From an uncultured Alphaproteobacteria bacterium (GTDB lineage: Bacteria > Pseudomonadota > Alphaproteobacteria > CAAHEQ01 > UBA3637), in assembly GCA_944391585.1 (NCBI GenBank), contig CALXUD010000002.1, forward strand, positions 1 to 46,595: a DNA stretch of 46,595 bases, in the 5' to 3' direction. Under the pieces are notes generated by a model, which searched no databases, was not told the DNA's origin, and worked only from the letters and a program-made list of their open reading frames with translations. The first letter of the stretch is position 1. Each line of letters begins with the position of its first letter. This document shows positions 1 through 9,018 of this stretch, piece after piece. The translations under genes and the position numbers were made by a program.

Positions 1-1384
1 GTTGGGGGTAGAAATAGATATCGTGAAAAATCGGTTTTTTATCGAGACAGTTTTTTCCGAAGTCAAAAATAAAAAACGATTCCTTTAATAAGTGTTCCGT
101 TTCGGATGAAACAGGATGAATACGTTCTTTTAAAAAAGGGGTTTGTTCATTGCGCATGATTAATAATTTAGGATAATCGGGTAGATATAATTCTAAAATA
201 AAATAATTTTGAAGAGTGGAGGCAACAATTGTTTGGGAGGGGGAAATATTTTTTTTAATGAATTCTATGGATGCGAATAAACCTTGATCATGTTTCTTGA
301 TATAAGAAATATAAAAAGATAAAACAGATTCAATTGTTAAAATCAGTATGAGTAATAGCCAGTAGGGGCGCTTTAAAGACCCGAAGGAAAGGGCTAATAA
401 TAAAGCAAAGCTTCCCATAGAGGGAATTATATACTTCCAAATAAGGAGGGGGCGTAGCAAATAAGAGCCTAGAAAACCAATTAAAAAAGGTGTAAAAAAA
501 ATAATGAATGTATAAATGAAAAAACGATTTTCTTTAATTTTTCGTGTTTTAATAAGAAAGAAGGTATAAATGATAATTACTGACCAACATAAAATCATTA
601 AAACAGTGATGAATGTATTAAAGGGTAAAAGCATAAAGAAATAAGTATAGAAAATGCGTAATGATTGATAAGTGTGATACATTGTTATCCAAAAATCACT
701 TTGCACTCGCTGAAATTGAATACTTAAAATATAAAGGTTGGGTAGGGAAAATAAAGTGATTATTCCTGTTGTTATCCAAAACGGAAGCCGTTGTGTTTTA
801 AATGATGAAAAGAGTTGCTCAAAAAATAAAATACCGAAAGCGGCTAAAGCTGTTAAAATAACATAATAATGCGTGTACATACCCAAAATTGTGAAAATTG
901 CAAGAAAAACCCAATCGGCACGTCGGCAGGTTTTTAAAACAGAAAGAGTATATATTGAAATTCCCGTGGCAAAAAAAGTAGCCCATGTATACATGCGGAT
1001 CTCTGTTCCGATGCAAAAGGCGTAAGGTAAAAATAAAGCAGCTGCCGTGAATAAAAGAGATATTTTGTTTCCGAATAAACGTCTAACAGGGAATAGGCCT
1101 AAGGTTGCGATAGCTAATAAGCCTATTATGGAGTAAAGTTTGCCGGAAACGACACTTAATCCAAAACAAGAAAACCATAAATATAATGAAAAATAATAAA
1201 AAGGAGGTTGTGCGTCTTGCTCCAACAAAATATGCCAAATTTGTGTCGGCGTATTTTGAAGAGTTAAAAGAGTGTATTGCTCATCCAGCCAGGTATTAAA
1301 AGGATCTATTAATAAAAATTGTAAAGTTCCAAATAATAAAATTAAAGAAATGGAGATATAAACATAAAATCTATTTTGCGGCAT
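1..1384 (-). CDS. GT-C fold glycosyltransferase, ArnT/PMT-like (family 39/83 type); partial, C-terminus runs off the window
   Basis: This ORF is absent from the supplied track. Hand translation of the minus strand from the ATG at 1384-1382 (MPQNRFYVYISISLILLFGTLQFLLIDPFNTWLDEQYTLL...) stays open for about 461 codons down to position 2. The product is a very hydrophobic multi-pass protein with an acidic WLDEQY motif after TM1, as in GT-C enzymes. It lies next to a GT2 polyprenol-phosphate sugar transferase gene. Confidence 0.6.
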   Translation of the reverse strand, partial: MPQNRFYVYISISLILLFGTLQFLLIDPFNTWLDEQYTLLTLQNTPTQIWHILLEQDAQPPFYYFSLYLWFSCFGLSVVSGKLYSIIGLLAIATLGLFPVRRLFGNKISLLFTAAALFLPYAFCIGTEIRMYTWATFFATGISIYTLSVLKTCRRADWVFLAIFTILGMYTHYYVILTALAAFGILFFEQLFSSFKTQRLPFWITTGIITLFSLPNLYILSIQFQRVQSDFWITMYHTYQSLRIFYTYFFMLLPFNTFITVLMILCWSVIIIYTFFLIKTRKIKENRFFIYTFIIFFTPFLIGFLGSYLLRPLLIWKYIIPSMGSFALLLALSFGSLKRPYWLLLILILTIESVLSFYISYIKKHDQGLFASIEFIKKNISPSQTIVASTLQNYFILELYLPDYPKLLIMRNEQTPFLKERIHPVSSETEHLLKESFFIFDFGKNCLDKKPIFHDIYFYPQ

Positions 1385-1494
1385 GGTCAAAACTCAATGT
1401 AATTAAATAGGGTAAATACATTCCGAAAAGGGAAAATAAAAAGAGTTTAATCCAAATAATAGAAGATATTTATATTGATTGATAAAATGGAACA

Positions 1495-2238
1495 TCAGGT
1501 ATCCTTTTTCATTAATTTAGTTAATTGAGTGCGATGGAAAGATAATTTTAAAGTATTTAAAATGGCTTCTTTAAAGATATTTTGGCTCATTTTAGATGTC
1601 CCGTTAATGCGATCATGAAAGATAATCGGAGTTTCTTTTATACGGCTTTTTAAAAGGATATGACGGAATTTCATTTCAATTTGAAAACAATATCCTTTTG
1701 ATATAATCGTTGGGAGATTTAAGCGGAGTAGATTTTCTCGTTTATAGCAATTAAAGCCACCGGTTAAATCGCGCACCTTTGTTAAAAGTAGAATTTGGGC
1801 GTATAAACAACCGCCGCGTGATAAAATCCGCCGTCCTAATCCCCAGTTGACAACGCCACCGCCTTTAACATAACGTGAACCGATGACCAGATCATTGTTT
1901 TCAATTTCTTTAAGCAGGATGGGTAGGTATTTTGGATCGTGAGAAAAATCAGCATCCATACTGATAAAAACATCGTAATCTTTTCCAAGTCCCCATGTGA
2001 ATCCTTGAATATATGCCGTTCCCAACCCTAGTTTCCCAGGTCGGCGCATTAAATGCAATTGACCTTTAAAGGTGTTTTGTTCAATATAGGTTTCAACGAT
2101 ATAGGCCGTCCGATCCGGTGAGTTGTCATCAATTACCAATACATCCGTATCCGGAACGATTTTAAAAATAGCCTCTAATAATTCTGCAATATTTTGAGCT
2201 TCGTTATAAGTTGGAATAACAATGAGGGATTTAAGCAT
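1495..2238 (-). CDS. GT2 polyprenol-phosphate glycosyltransferase (DPM1/ArnC/GtrB-like)
   Basis: Motifs present: LIVIPTYNEAQNI, VLVIDDNSPD and ISMDADFSHDP (DxD). The internal start MLKSL at 2238 is preferred: it has a GAGGAAAT RBS and an 8-nt overlap with the upstream gene. The track ORF extends to 2265. Confidence 0.85.
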   Translation of the reverse strand: MLKSLIVIPTYNEAQNIAELLEAIFKIVPDTDVLVIDDNSPDRTAYIVETYIEQNTFKGQLHLMRRPGKLGLGTAYIQGFTWGLGKDYDVFISMDADFSHDPKYLPILLKEIENNDLVIGSRYVKGGGVVNWGLGRRILSRGGCLYAQILLLTKVRDLTGGFNCYKRENLLRLNLPTIISKGYCFQIEMKFRHILLKSRIKETPIIFHDRINGTSKMSQNIFKEAILNTLKLSFHRTQLTKLMKKDT

Positions 2239-2959
2239 ATATTTCCTCTTGATAATAAATATCACCTTTTAATTCAATACATTTGATGACATCGCAATGC
2301 TGTTTTTTGGGAAAAGTGATTGCTTGTAAAAATGAGTGAGTATAGGGAAAAAAATTGATGTGTAAATCAAAAGTATATTTATAAGGACGTTGCATGGGAA
2401 CAACGATAATTAAGCGTTTTTTTGCAACTCGGCGGAGTTCTTGCATGCAGGCAGGAATATCGCGAACATGTTCCAAACAATGTGTGCAAACAACCGTATC
2501 AAATGTCTTATCTGCATAAGGTAAATTTTCAACAAAAGCTTCTTCAAAATGAACTCGGGGATACTTATGGCGCACCTCCGGATCAATAATCATATCCGTT
2601 GCCGATACGGTGTAATTTTTTTCAGCAATTTTATTAGCCAGATAGCCGCGACCCGTGGCAACTTCCAATACAGATGAACCTGCAATATTTTCAATGATTG
2701 TTTGTATGGATTCTTTGTTGCAATCAGTTTCACGGTCGATATTTGCATGTGCAACTTTGGCATAAATAGCCTTATATTCTTCATCAGTTAAAAATGGGGC
2801 TTTTTCTTTAAAATTCATAAAATCTAAGGCGGCATCTTTATATAAAATACCAATTAAAATGCGCATGAGTGTTTTAGAATCTCTTAAAATAGGGGGTAAT
2901 AATTGATCTAAAACAAAACGAATTTTGTTTGTAAGGTTTCTGTTAAGGATGGACATCAA
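2231..2959 (-). CDS. class I SAM-dependent methyltransferase
   Basis: SAM motif I VLEVATGRGYLA is present, together with a Methyltransf_11-like DTVVCTHCLEHV segment. Confidence 0.75.
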   Translation of the reverse strand: MMSILNRNLTNKIRFVLDQLLPPILRDSKTLMRILIGILYKDAALDFMNFKEKAPFLTDEEYKAIYAKVAHANIDRETDCNKESIQTIIENIAGSSVLEVATGRGYLANKIAEKNYTVSATDMIIDPEVRHKYPRVHFEEAFVENLPYADKTFDTVVCTHCLEHVRDIPACMQELRRVAKKRLIIVVPMQRPYKYTFDLHINFFPYTHSFLQAITFPKKQHCDVIKCIELKGDIYYQEEIYA

Positions 2960-3034
2960 TTTCCTCGCATTGATTATATTATGGTATTCCTTTTATATGG
3001 ATTTTACAATATTCTGTCAATAAAAAGTTTGTGA

Positions 3035-3063
3035 TTGTAAAAAAGTGATTGCTTTTTAAAATA
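3035..3063 (+). promoter_or_regulatory. sigma70-like promoter candidate for sodB
   Basis: TTGTAA (3035-3040), a 17-nt spacer, then TAAAAT (3058-3063), about 40 nt upstream of the sodB ATG. The spacer region contains the direct repeat GTGATTG twice. Confidence 0.35.
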
Positions 3064-3103
3064 GTTGTTCTTAAATTAGGGAGGAAAGATAAAGGAGAAA
3101 TTT

Positions 3104-3700
3104 ATGATTGATATGAAAAAACTGCCCTTTGAAATGAATGCGTTGGAGCCGTATATCAGCGAACGCACCTTTTCGTTTCATTATGGAAAACATTATGCAA
3201 CGTATGTGAAAAATACAAATGATTTAATTTTAGGAACAGATTTAGAAAATGCCACATTGGAGGATATTGTTTTAGCAACGGCCGGAGATGCGTCTAAGAC
3301 AGGTTTATTTAATAATGCGGCACAAGCTTGGAATCACGAATTTTTTTGGAACAGTTTAACAGGCAAAGAGGAAAATAAAGTGATTCCGGAAGTGTTAATG
3401 CGTCAGATTTTAAAAGATTTCGGTTCGCTTGCCGTTTTGTTGGAGCAATTCAAAAAAGCCGCTGTAGGTCAATTCGGCAGTGGGTGGACTTGGCTTGTAT
3501 TTGAAAAAGATAAATTAAAGATTATTTCAACCAGCAATGCGTTTACTCCTTTGACAACAAATGATCAAGTTCCCTTATTGTGTATTGATGTATGGGAACA
3601 TGCTTATTATTTGGATTATCAAAACCGGCGAGTGGACTTCGTAGAAGGTATATTAAATCACTGTTTGAACTGGTCTTTTGCAGCACAGAACTTTGTTTAG
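3104..3700 (+). CDS. sodB: Fe/Mn superoxide dismutase
   Basis: FHYGKHYATYV and DVWEHAYYLDYQNRR metal-ligand motifs are present. An AAAGGAGA RBS lies upstream. Confidence 0.95.
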   Translation: MIDMKKLPFEMNALEPYISERTFSFHYGKHYATYVKNTNDLILGTDLENATLEDIVLATAGDASKTGLFNNAAQAWNHEFFWNSLTGKEENKVIPEVLMRQILKDFGSLAVLLEQFKKAAVGQFGSGWTWLVFEKDKLKIISTSNAFTPLTTNDQVPLLCIDVWEHAYYLDYQNRRVDFVEGILNHCLNWSFAAQNFV

Positions 3701-3707
3701 TTCTTGT

Positions 3708-4313
3708 TTAAGTTCTACAAGGGCCACTTGTTGCTCCATCTGTACGATAGGTTTCTCCTGTTTCTGGATCGCATGCATGACAGCATCCATCAGCTGCACT
3801 TGGGCAGACCCAATCAGCACAGAGGTCAACCTTAGGCTCATCATTCGTTTCATTCGAAGAAGTATTTTCACCCAAATTAGGGGTAAATAAAAACTCCATT
3901 TGAATGTTATCTGTGCAATTTTCGGCAGATGTTAATTCGGATTGTGTTTGGGCATTTTGTATTTTAAATGGAACAGACCAATGGCTGTTTATGATTGCTG
4001 AACACATATCTTGATCAACATTTAAAAGCGAAATATAAAAATTACCACCAACAGTTGCTATATAATCACTTTCAAAAGAAATTTCTGCGTATTGATCACG
4101 AGAAAGAGTTAGTGTTTCTCGTTTATTAAGGGCTTGTGTTGAAAGATAAAGGCTTTCAATGGTAAGCCCATTAATAATTTCATTTATTTTATTTTTTTCC
4201 ATGGCTGTGCGGTATCCTGCAATCCCACCAACGGATAAAACCCCGATAATTGCTAAAACGCCCAACATTTCAACCATTGAACGACCACATTGATTTTTGT
4301 TTGTTAAATGCAT
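3708..4313 (-). CDS. type IV pilin-like protein (prepilin-type N-terminal domain) with a Cys-rich C-terminal tail
   Basis: N-terminus is MHLTNKNQCG|RSMVEMLGVLAIIGVLSVGGIAGY: a short basic leader, Gly, Glu at +5 and a hydrophobic helix. The start at 4313 is chosen for its AAAGGAAT RBS and because it avoids overlap with secA. The track ORF extends to 4358. Confidence 0.7.
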   Translation of the reverse strand: MHLTNKNQCGRSMVEMLGVLAIIGVLSVGGIAGYRTAMEKNKINEIINGLTIESLYLSTQALNKRETLTLSRDQYAEISFESDYIATVGGNFYISLLNVDQDMCSAIINSHWSVPFKIQNAQTQSELTSAENCTDNIQMEFLFTPNLGENTSSNETNDEPKVDLCADWVCPSAADGCCHACDPETGETYRTDGATSGPCRT

Positions 4314-4336
4314 GATAAATTCCTTTCTAATCTTTT

Positions 4337-6988
4337 TCATTTTAACGCGCCGCAGCAATGTTTATATTTTTTTCCACTGCCGCAAGGACACGGCTCATTA
4401 CGTCCAATTTTCCGTGTAGGAAATTCAGAAGGATTTTCCCCATTCGGAGAATTTATTAAAGAATTGTCCTCAATTTGTTCGGTTTCTTCTTGATTGGTTT
4501 GAGTATTTTGAGGGGCTGGTTCCCGAAACTCAAAACGCGCATTACATAAGAGAGTGGTAATGCGTTCCCGCACGCGGCTCAACATATTTTCAAACAAAAG
4601 AAAAGATTCTTTCTTATATTCGTTCAACGGATTTTTTTGACCGTAAGCCCGCAAGCCAATAGATGTGCGCATAAAGTCAATTGTTTGTAAATGCTCTTTC
4701 CATAATTGATCAATGGTTTGAATCAAGAGGCTTTTTTCAAATTGAGCCCGCATTTGCGGTGGCAGCATTTTCATTTTTTCTTCCGTTGCCATATCTGATT
4801 TTTGAATTAACCGATCTAAAGCTTCTTGCGTATTCATACCGGGTTCTGTCGCCCACGATTTAAACGGAATATCCAAACCGAGCATTTGGGCAGATTTGGT
4901 TTTTAAGGCATCTATATCCCATTCGGCCGGAATAGATTTTTCCGGTGCGGCAGTGTAGACCATTGAATAAATGCAATCGTGGCGCATATCTTTAATGACA
5001 TCTGCAACAGAATCTGCTGCCATCAATTCTTTACGTTGTTCATAAATAACCTTACGCTGATCATTCATCACATCATCATACTTCAACAGATTTTTGCGGA
5101 TATCAAAATGATATGCTTCTACCTTTTGTTGCGCTTTTGCAATTGCTTTACTGATCCATGGATGGACAATGGCTTGGCCGTTGGGCATACCGAGTGTTTT
5201 TAAAATAGAACCAATCCGATCAGAACCGAAAATACGCATCAAGTCATCTTCCAAAGAAACATAGAATCTGCTGAGTCCCGGATCGCCTTGACGACCGGAC
5301 CGGCCACGCAACTGATTATCAATGCGGCGACTTTCATGGCGTTCAGAGCCTAAAACATATAGTCCGCCCGCTTCCAGAGCAATACGTTTTCCTTCCGCAA
5401 TTTCGGCTTTGACTTTGTCCGTGAGAAGTTGTTCATCCATTTCCGGATTTTTTTGTTTTTCTTCTTCAAAGCGGACGGCAAAATTACCTCCCAGCTGAAT
5501 ATCCGTTCCGCGTCCGGCCATATTTGTTGCGATTGTAACCGCCCCCGGTACGCCGGCTTGAGCAATGATAGACGCTTCTTGTTCATGGTGGCGGGCGTTT
5601 AATACATTAAACGGAATATTTGTTTTTTCTTTTAACAAGCGAGCCAATAGTTCAGATTTTTCAATAGATGTTGTCCCAACTAAAATCGGTTGTTTACGTT
5701 CATGTGCGGCTTTGATTTCCTCAATAATGGCATCGTATTTTTCGGCAGCGGTTCTATAAATCACATCGTGTTCATCTTTACGCGCCAGCGGCAAATTGGT
5801 TGGAATTTCGATAACTTGCAAATGATAAATGTCATCGAATTCTCCCGCCTCGGTCATGGCTGTTCCCGTCATCCCCGCTAATTTCGGATATTGGCGGAAA
5901 TAATTTTGGAATGTGATGGAAGCAAGCGTTTGGTTTTCCGGTTGAATGGGAACATGTTCTTTTGCTTCAATGGCTTGATGCAAGCCATCAGAATAACGAC
6001 GACCGTCCATCATTCGTCCCGTGAATTCATCAATGATAATTACTTTATTATCTTTCACAATATAATCACGGTCTTTTTCAAATAAGGTGTGCGCTTTTAA
6101 GGCCTGTTCAATATGATGTACCAAAGCAATGTTGGCTAAATCATATAAAGATCCTTGCATAATGCCGGCAGCGTTTAAGGCATCTTCTAAAAAGGTGGTG
6201 CCTGCTTCCGTTAAGGTAACGTTGCGGTGTTTTTCATCTTTTTCATAATGTTCCGGTTTCAAGGATTTCATAAATCCGTCAATTGTTTGATAGGTAGTCG
6301 CGGAGTCTTCAGCCTGACCCGAAATAATCAAAGGCGTTCTGGCTTCATCAATTAAAATAGAATCCACTTCGTCTACAATGGCATAATGAAACGGGCGTTG
6401 AACCATTTCATCCAATGAAAAGCGCATGTTATCTCGCAGGTAATCAAACCCCAGCTCGTTATTGGTGGCATAAGTAATATCGCAATTATAAGCATCTTTA
6501 CGAGCATCCGGCTCCATTTCATGTGTGATGCAAGAAACGGTTAAGCCCAAGAAACGGTAAAGTTGTCCCATCCAGCCGGAGTCGCGTTTGGCCAAATAAT
6601 CATTGACCGTTACAACATGGACACCTTTGCCCGTTAAGGCATTTAAATAAACCGGCAACGTGGCAACAAGCGTTTTCCCTTCCCCTGTTTTCATTTCGGC
6701 GATTTGGCCGTTATTTAAAATAATCCCTCCAATCAATTGGACATCAAAGGGGCGCATGCCAAGAACGCGTTTGGAAGCTTCCCGCACGGTGGCGAATGCT
6801 TCGGGCAGCAGGTCATTTAAGGATTCGCCAGCTGCAAGGCGTGATTTAAATTCAGTGGTTTTAGCTTGCAATTCGGCATCGGATAGTTTTTCAAAATCCG
6901 GCTCCAGAGCGTTAATTTTAGCGATTGTTTTTTTGTATTTTTTCAAGTATCTGTCGTTTGCTGATTTAAATAAATTTTTGAAGTTCAT
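4337..6988 (-). CDS. secA: preprotein translocase ATPase SecA
   Basis: 883 aa. Motifs: [14 protein letters not shown] (Walker A), [18 protein letters not shown] (DEAD motor), and the C-terminal zinc finger [14 protein letters not shown]. Confidence 0.98.
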   Translation of the reverse strand: MNFKNLFKSANDRYLKKYKKTIAKINALEPDFEKLSDAELQAKTTEFKSRLAAGESLNDLLPEAFATVREASKRVLGMRPFDVQLIGGIILNNGQIAEMKTGEGKTLVATLPVYLNALTGKGVHVVTVNDYLAKRDSGWMGQLYRFLGLTVSCITHEMEPDARKDAYNCDITYATNNELGFDYLRDNMRFSLDEMVQRPFHYAIVDEVDSILIDEARTPLIISGQAEDSATTYQTIDGFMKSLKPEHYEKDEKHRNVTLTEAGTTFLEDALNAAGIMQGSLYDLANIALVHHIEQALKAHTLFEKDRDYIVKDNKVIIIDEFTGRMMDGRRYSDGLHQAIEAKEHVPIQPENQTLASITFQNYFRQYPKLAGMTGTAMTEAGEFDDIYHLQVIEIPTNLPLARKDEHDVIYRTAAEKYDAIIEEIKAAHERKQPILVGTTSIEKSELLARLLKEKTNIPFNVLNARHHEQEASIIAQAGVPGAVTIATNMAGRGTDIQLGGNFAVRFEEEKQKNPEMDEQLLTDKVKAEIAEGKRIALEAGGLYVLGSERHESRRIDNQLRGRSGRQGDPGLSRFYVSLEDDLMRIFGSDRIGSILKTLGMPNGQAIVHPWISKAIAKAQQKVEAYHFDIRKNLLKYDDVMNDQRKVIYEQRKELMAADSVADVIKDMRHDCIYSMVYTAAPEKSIPAEWDIDALKTKSAQMLGLDIPFKSWATEPGMNTQEALDRLIQKSDMATEEKMKMLPPQMRAQFEKSLLIQTIDQLWKEHLQTIDFMRTSIGLRAYGQKNPLNEYKKESFLLFENMLSRVRERITTLLCNARFEFREPAPQNTQTNQEETEQIEDNSLINSPNGENPSEFPTRKIGRNEPCPCGSGKKYKHCCGALK

Positions 6989-7062
6989 AGTCTATCCTTA
7001 TGTCTAATCATATGTATTTATTGAACATACGTTTTTTTTGAAAAAATGTCAAGGAAAACGCT

Positions 7063-7812
7063 TTATTTTTCCAATAATTTTCGGATATCGGAAGCAGCTG
7101 GTGTATTCGGAAAGAGCGTTAAAAGGGGTTGTTGAGCGCGCACCGCTTCTTTCACATGTATATCGCGACGAATAATGCCCTGCAAAACGGGTTGAAAATG
7201 CAAAAAGTGGGTGCAGGTTTTTTGTAGTGTTTCAAAAGTGCGTAAGCCTTCTTTTTCCGAATCTGCGGAATTGACAATAACGCGTATGTCCGTTTGAGGA
7301 CTTGTTTCCAATTGACGTTTTATAAAAGCATAAGCGTCACTGAGAGAGGCGGGGTCATCCGTACAAATAACATAAACTAAAGAGGCTGTTTCAGCCAGTA
7401 ATTGAATTGATTTTTCAAGACCGGATCCCAAGTCCACAATCACGGCATCGTAGTGTGTTGCCAGTAGCATTAAATCATCATGAATTTGTTGGAGTTTTTC
7501 AACAGGTAGGTTGATTAAACTTTGATGTCCGGAACGGCCGGTAATCAAATCTAAACCGGTTTGAAAATCATGAGTGATGATTTGATTCATTGCTTTTTGA
7601 CCGCTGATGAGTTCTGATAAATCGTGTTCGGGAGAGAGTCCTAGTTGGATATCTATATTTGCCAGGCCGAAATCGCCGTCAAAGAGTAAGACTTTTTCCC
7701 CTTGTTCGGCTAATGCATGGGCATAAGTGATGGCTAACAGTGTTTTGCCCACTCCACCTTTCCCGGAGGCAAAAGCAATGATGGGACAAGAAGAGGAAGA
7801 AAAAGAGTTCAT
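7063..7812 (-). CDS. flhG: MinD/ParA-family ATPase FlhG (flagellar number/placement regulator)
   Basis: Deviant Walker A SGKGGVGKT is present. The gene lies immediately downstream of flhF with a 4-nt overlap. Confidence 0.8.
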   Translation of the reverse strand: MNSFSSSSCPIIAFASGKGGVGKTLLAITYAHALAEQGEKVLLFDGDFGLANIDIQLGLSPEHDLSELISGQKAMNQIITHDFQTGLDLITGRSGHQSLINLPVEKLQQIHDDLMLLATHYDAVIVDLGSGLEKSIQLLAETASLVYVICTDDPASLSDAYAFIKRQLETSPQTDIRVIVNSADSEKEGLRTFETLQKTCTHFLHFQPVLQGIIRRDIHVKEAVRAQQPLLTLFPNTPAASDIRKLLEK

Positions 7813-8708
7813 ATGCGTTCTCCCAGTAAAGCGGCTAATTGTTGCGGGGTCGGAGCGCTAAAGGCTTCGGTTAGGGAAGCACTTTGACCAAAAGCGGCAA
7901 AGGGCAGGTTGTTTTGAAAGGCGGCAGCCAGCAAATTGCCAAAATAACGGCTGGTATCCATTTGAGTGGCAATCAGTCGGTTGGCCCCGATTTGGGCAAA
8001 AGCAGTGGCGATATCGGCAGATTCCATAACATCCAGACCGGCAGGCAGTGTGAGTAAAAATTCAACACCGTGTGCCGTTTTTTTGAGTTGTTTTAAAAAA
8101 GCTAAATCCGTTTCGGATAAGTAAGAAATTCCCATTGTATCTATCAGAATAAAATTATAATGTCGACGGGTCGTTTCTAATGTGTTATTAAGCGTATTTA
8201 AATCATTAAGTGGCAGGAACGGGATTTGGGCAATTTTGCAAAAAGAAATCAGTTGTTCGCGCGCACCGGCTTTCACAACGTCTGTGGTTAAAAGGCAAGG
8301 ACTTAAGTGATTAAGTTTCGCTTGCAAAGCCAGTTTGATTAAAGCCGTTGTTTTGCCGCTGCCATGGGGACCGACAAGAGCATAAATTCGGTTTGTTTTT
8401 TGGAGAGAAAGAGGCGCAAAATCAAAAGTAGATTGCAAAAACGATTCTAACGTATCAGCGTTTGTTTGAGCCAATAAACGGTCAATTAAATCAGTCGGCA
8501 GATGATGCCTTTTCAAAAGTTCTTTTAAATCGGTATTTTGGTGAGGTATTAAAGGAACATCCAATTCCGTTTCAATGGCGGTAATCAATTTCACTGAGCC
8601 GTCAGGGAGACGATGAGAAGAAATAATCAAAACATTTTCGCCCAATTCTGTTCGGATTTTATCCATAACAGTTGGTATATTAGGACCAAAGAATGTTTTG
8701 AGTTTCAT
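7809..8708 (-). CDS. flhF: flagellar biosynthesis GTPase FlhF (short form, 299 aa)
   Basis: SRP-type GTPase motifs LVGPHGSGKTT and LIDTMG are present. The N-terminus MKLKTFFGPNIPTVMDKIRTELGENVLII is FlhF-like. The gene sits between fliN and flhG. Confidence 0.8.
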   Translation of the reverse strand: MKLKTFFGPNIPTVMDKIRTELGENVLIISSHRLPDGSVKLITAIETELDVPLIPHQNTDLKELLKRHHLPTDLIDRLLAQTNADTLESFLQSTFDFAPLSLQKTNRIYALVGPHGSGKTTALIKLALQAKLNHLSPCLLTTDVVKAGAREQLISFCKIAQIPFLPLNDLNTLNNTLETTRRHYNFILIDTMGISYLSETDLAFLKQLKKTAHGVEFLLTLPAGLDVMESADIATAFAQIGANRLIATQMDTSRYFGNLLAAAFQNNLPFAAFGQSASLTEAFSAPTPQQLAALLGERI

Positions 8709-8711
8709 GGA

Positions 8712-9014
8712 TTATAAAACCTCAGTCATAATAACGCCGAAGTGATCGTCTGCCAAAGTGAGTTCGCCATGCCCAATCAGGCGGTTATTGGCATAGATGT
8801 CCACCGGATCGCCCACTTTTTTATTAAGCGATAAGGTGGTTCCTTTTTTAAGATTCAATAAGTCTTGAATGGGTAAAGTGGTTTCTCCCAAGCCTACGAC
8901 GATTTGAACCGGCACTTGAGCCAAAGCATCCAAATCAGTTGCTGGTTCGGATTGTGTTTGTTGGAGTGTTTTTTGTGTGATGCGTTGTAATTCCAAGCGT
9001 TGTTGTGCATTCAT
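8712..9014 (-). CDS. fliN: flagellar motor switch protein FliN (SpoA domain)
   Basis: 100 aa. The C-terminal segment VPVQIVVGLGETTLPIQDLLNLKKGTTLSL...PVDIYANNRLIGHGELT is typical of FliN/SctQ-C. Confidence 0.85.
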   Translation of the reverse strand: MNAQQRLELQRITQKTLQQTQSEPATDLDALAQVPVQIVVGLGETTLPIQDLLNLKKGTTLSLNKKVGDPVDIYANNRLIGHGELTLADDHFGVIMTEVL

Positions 9015-9018
9015 GGTG

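Noticed and set aside
819-1016. A 65-aa ORF listed in the track.
   Set aside because: It lies out of frame inside the much longer open minus-strand frame (1-1384), which encodes a coherent polytopic membrane protein. Its own translation is Cys/Phe/Asn-rich nonsense.
6660-7007. Shadow ORFs antisense to or nested in secA, rluD, mtaB, corC, batA and others (for example 6660-7007, 11700-12044, 17492-17833, 19242-19640, 37328-37789).
   Set aside because: Each is fully or largely contained within a confidently identified gene on the opposite strand or in another frame, and none has a recognisable motif.
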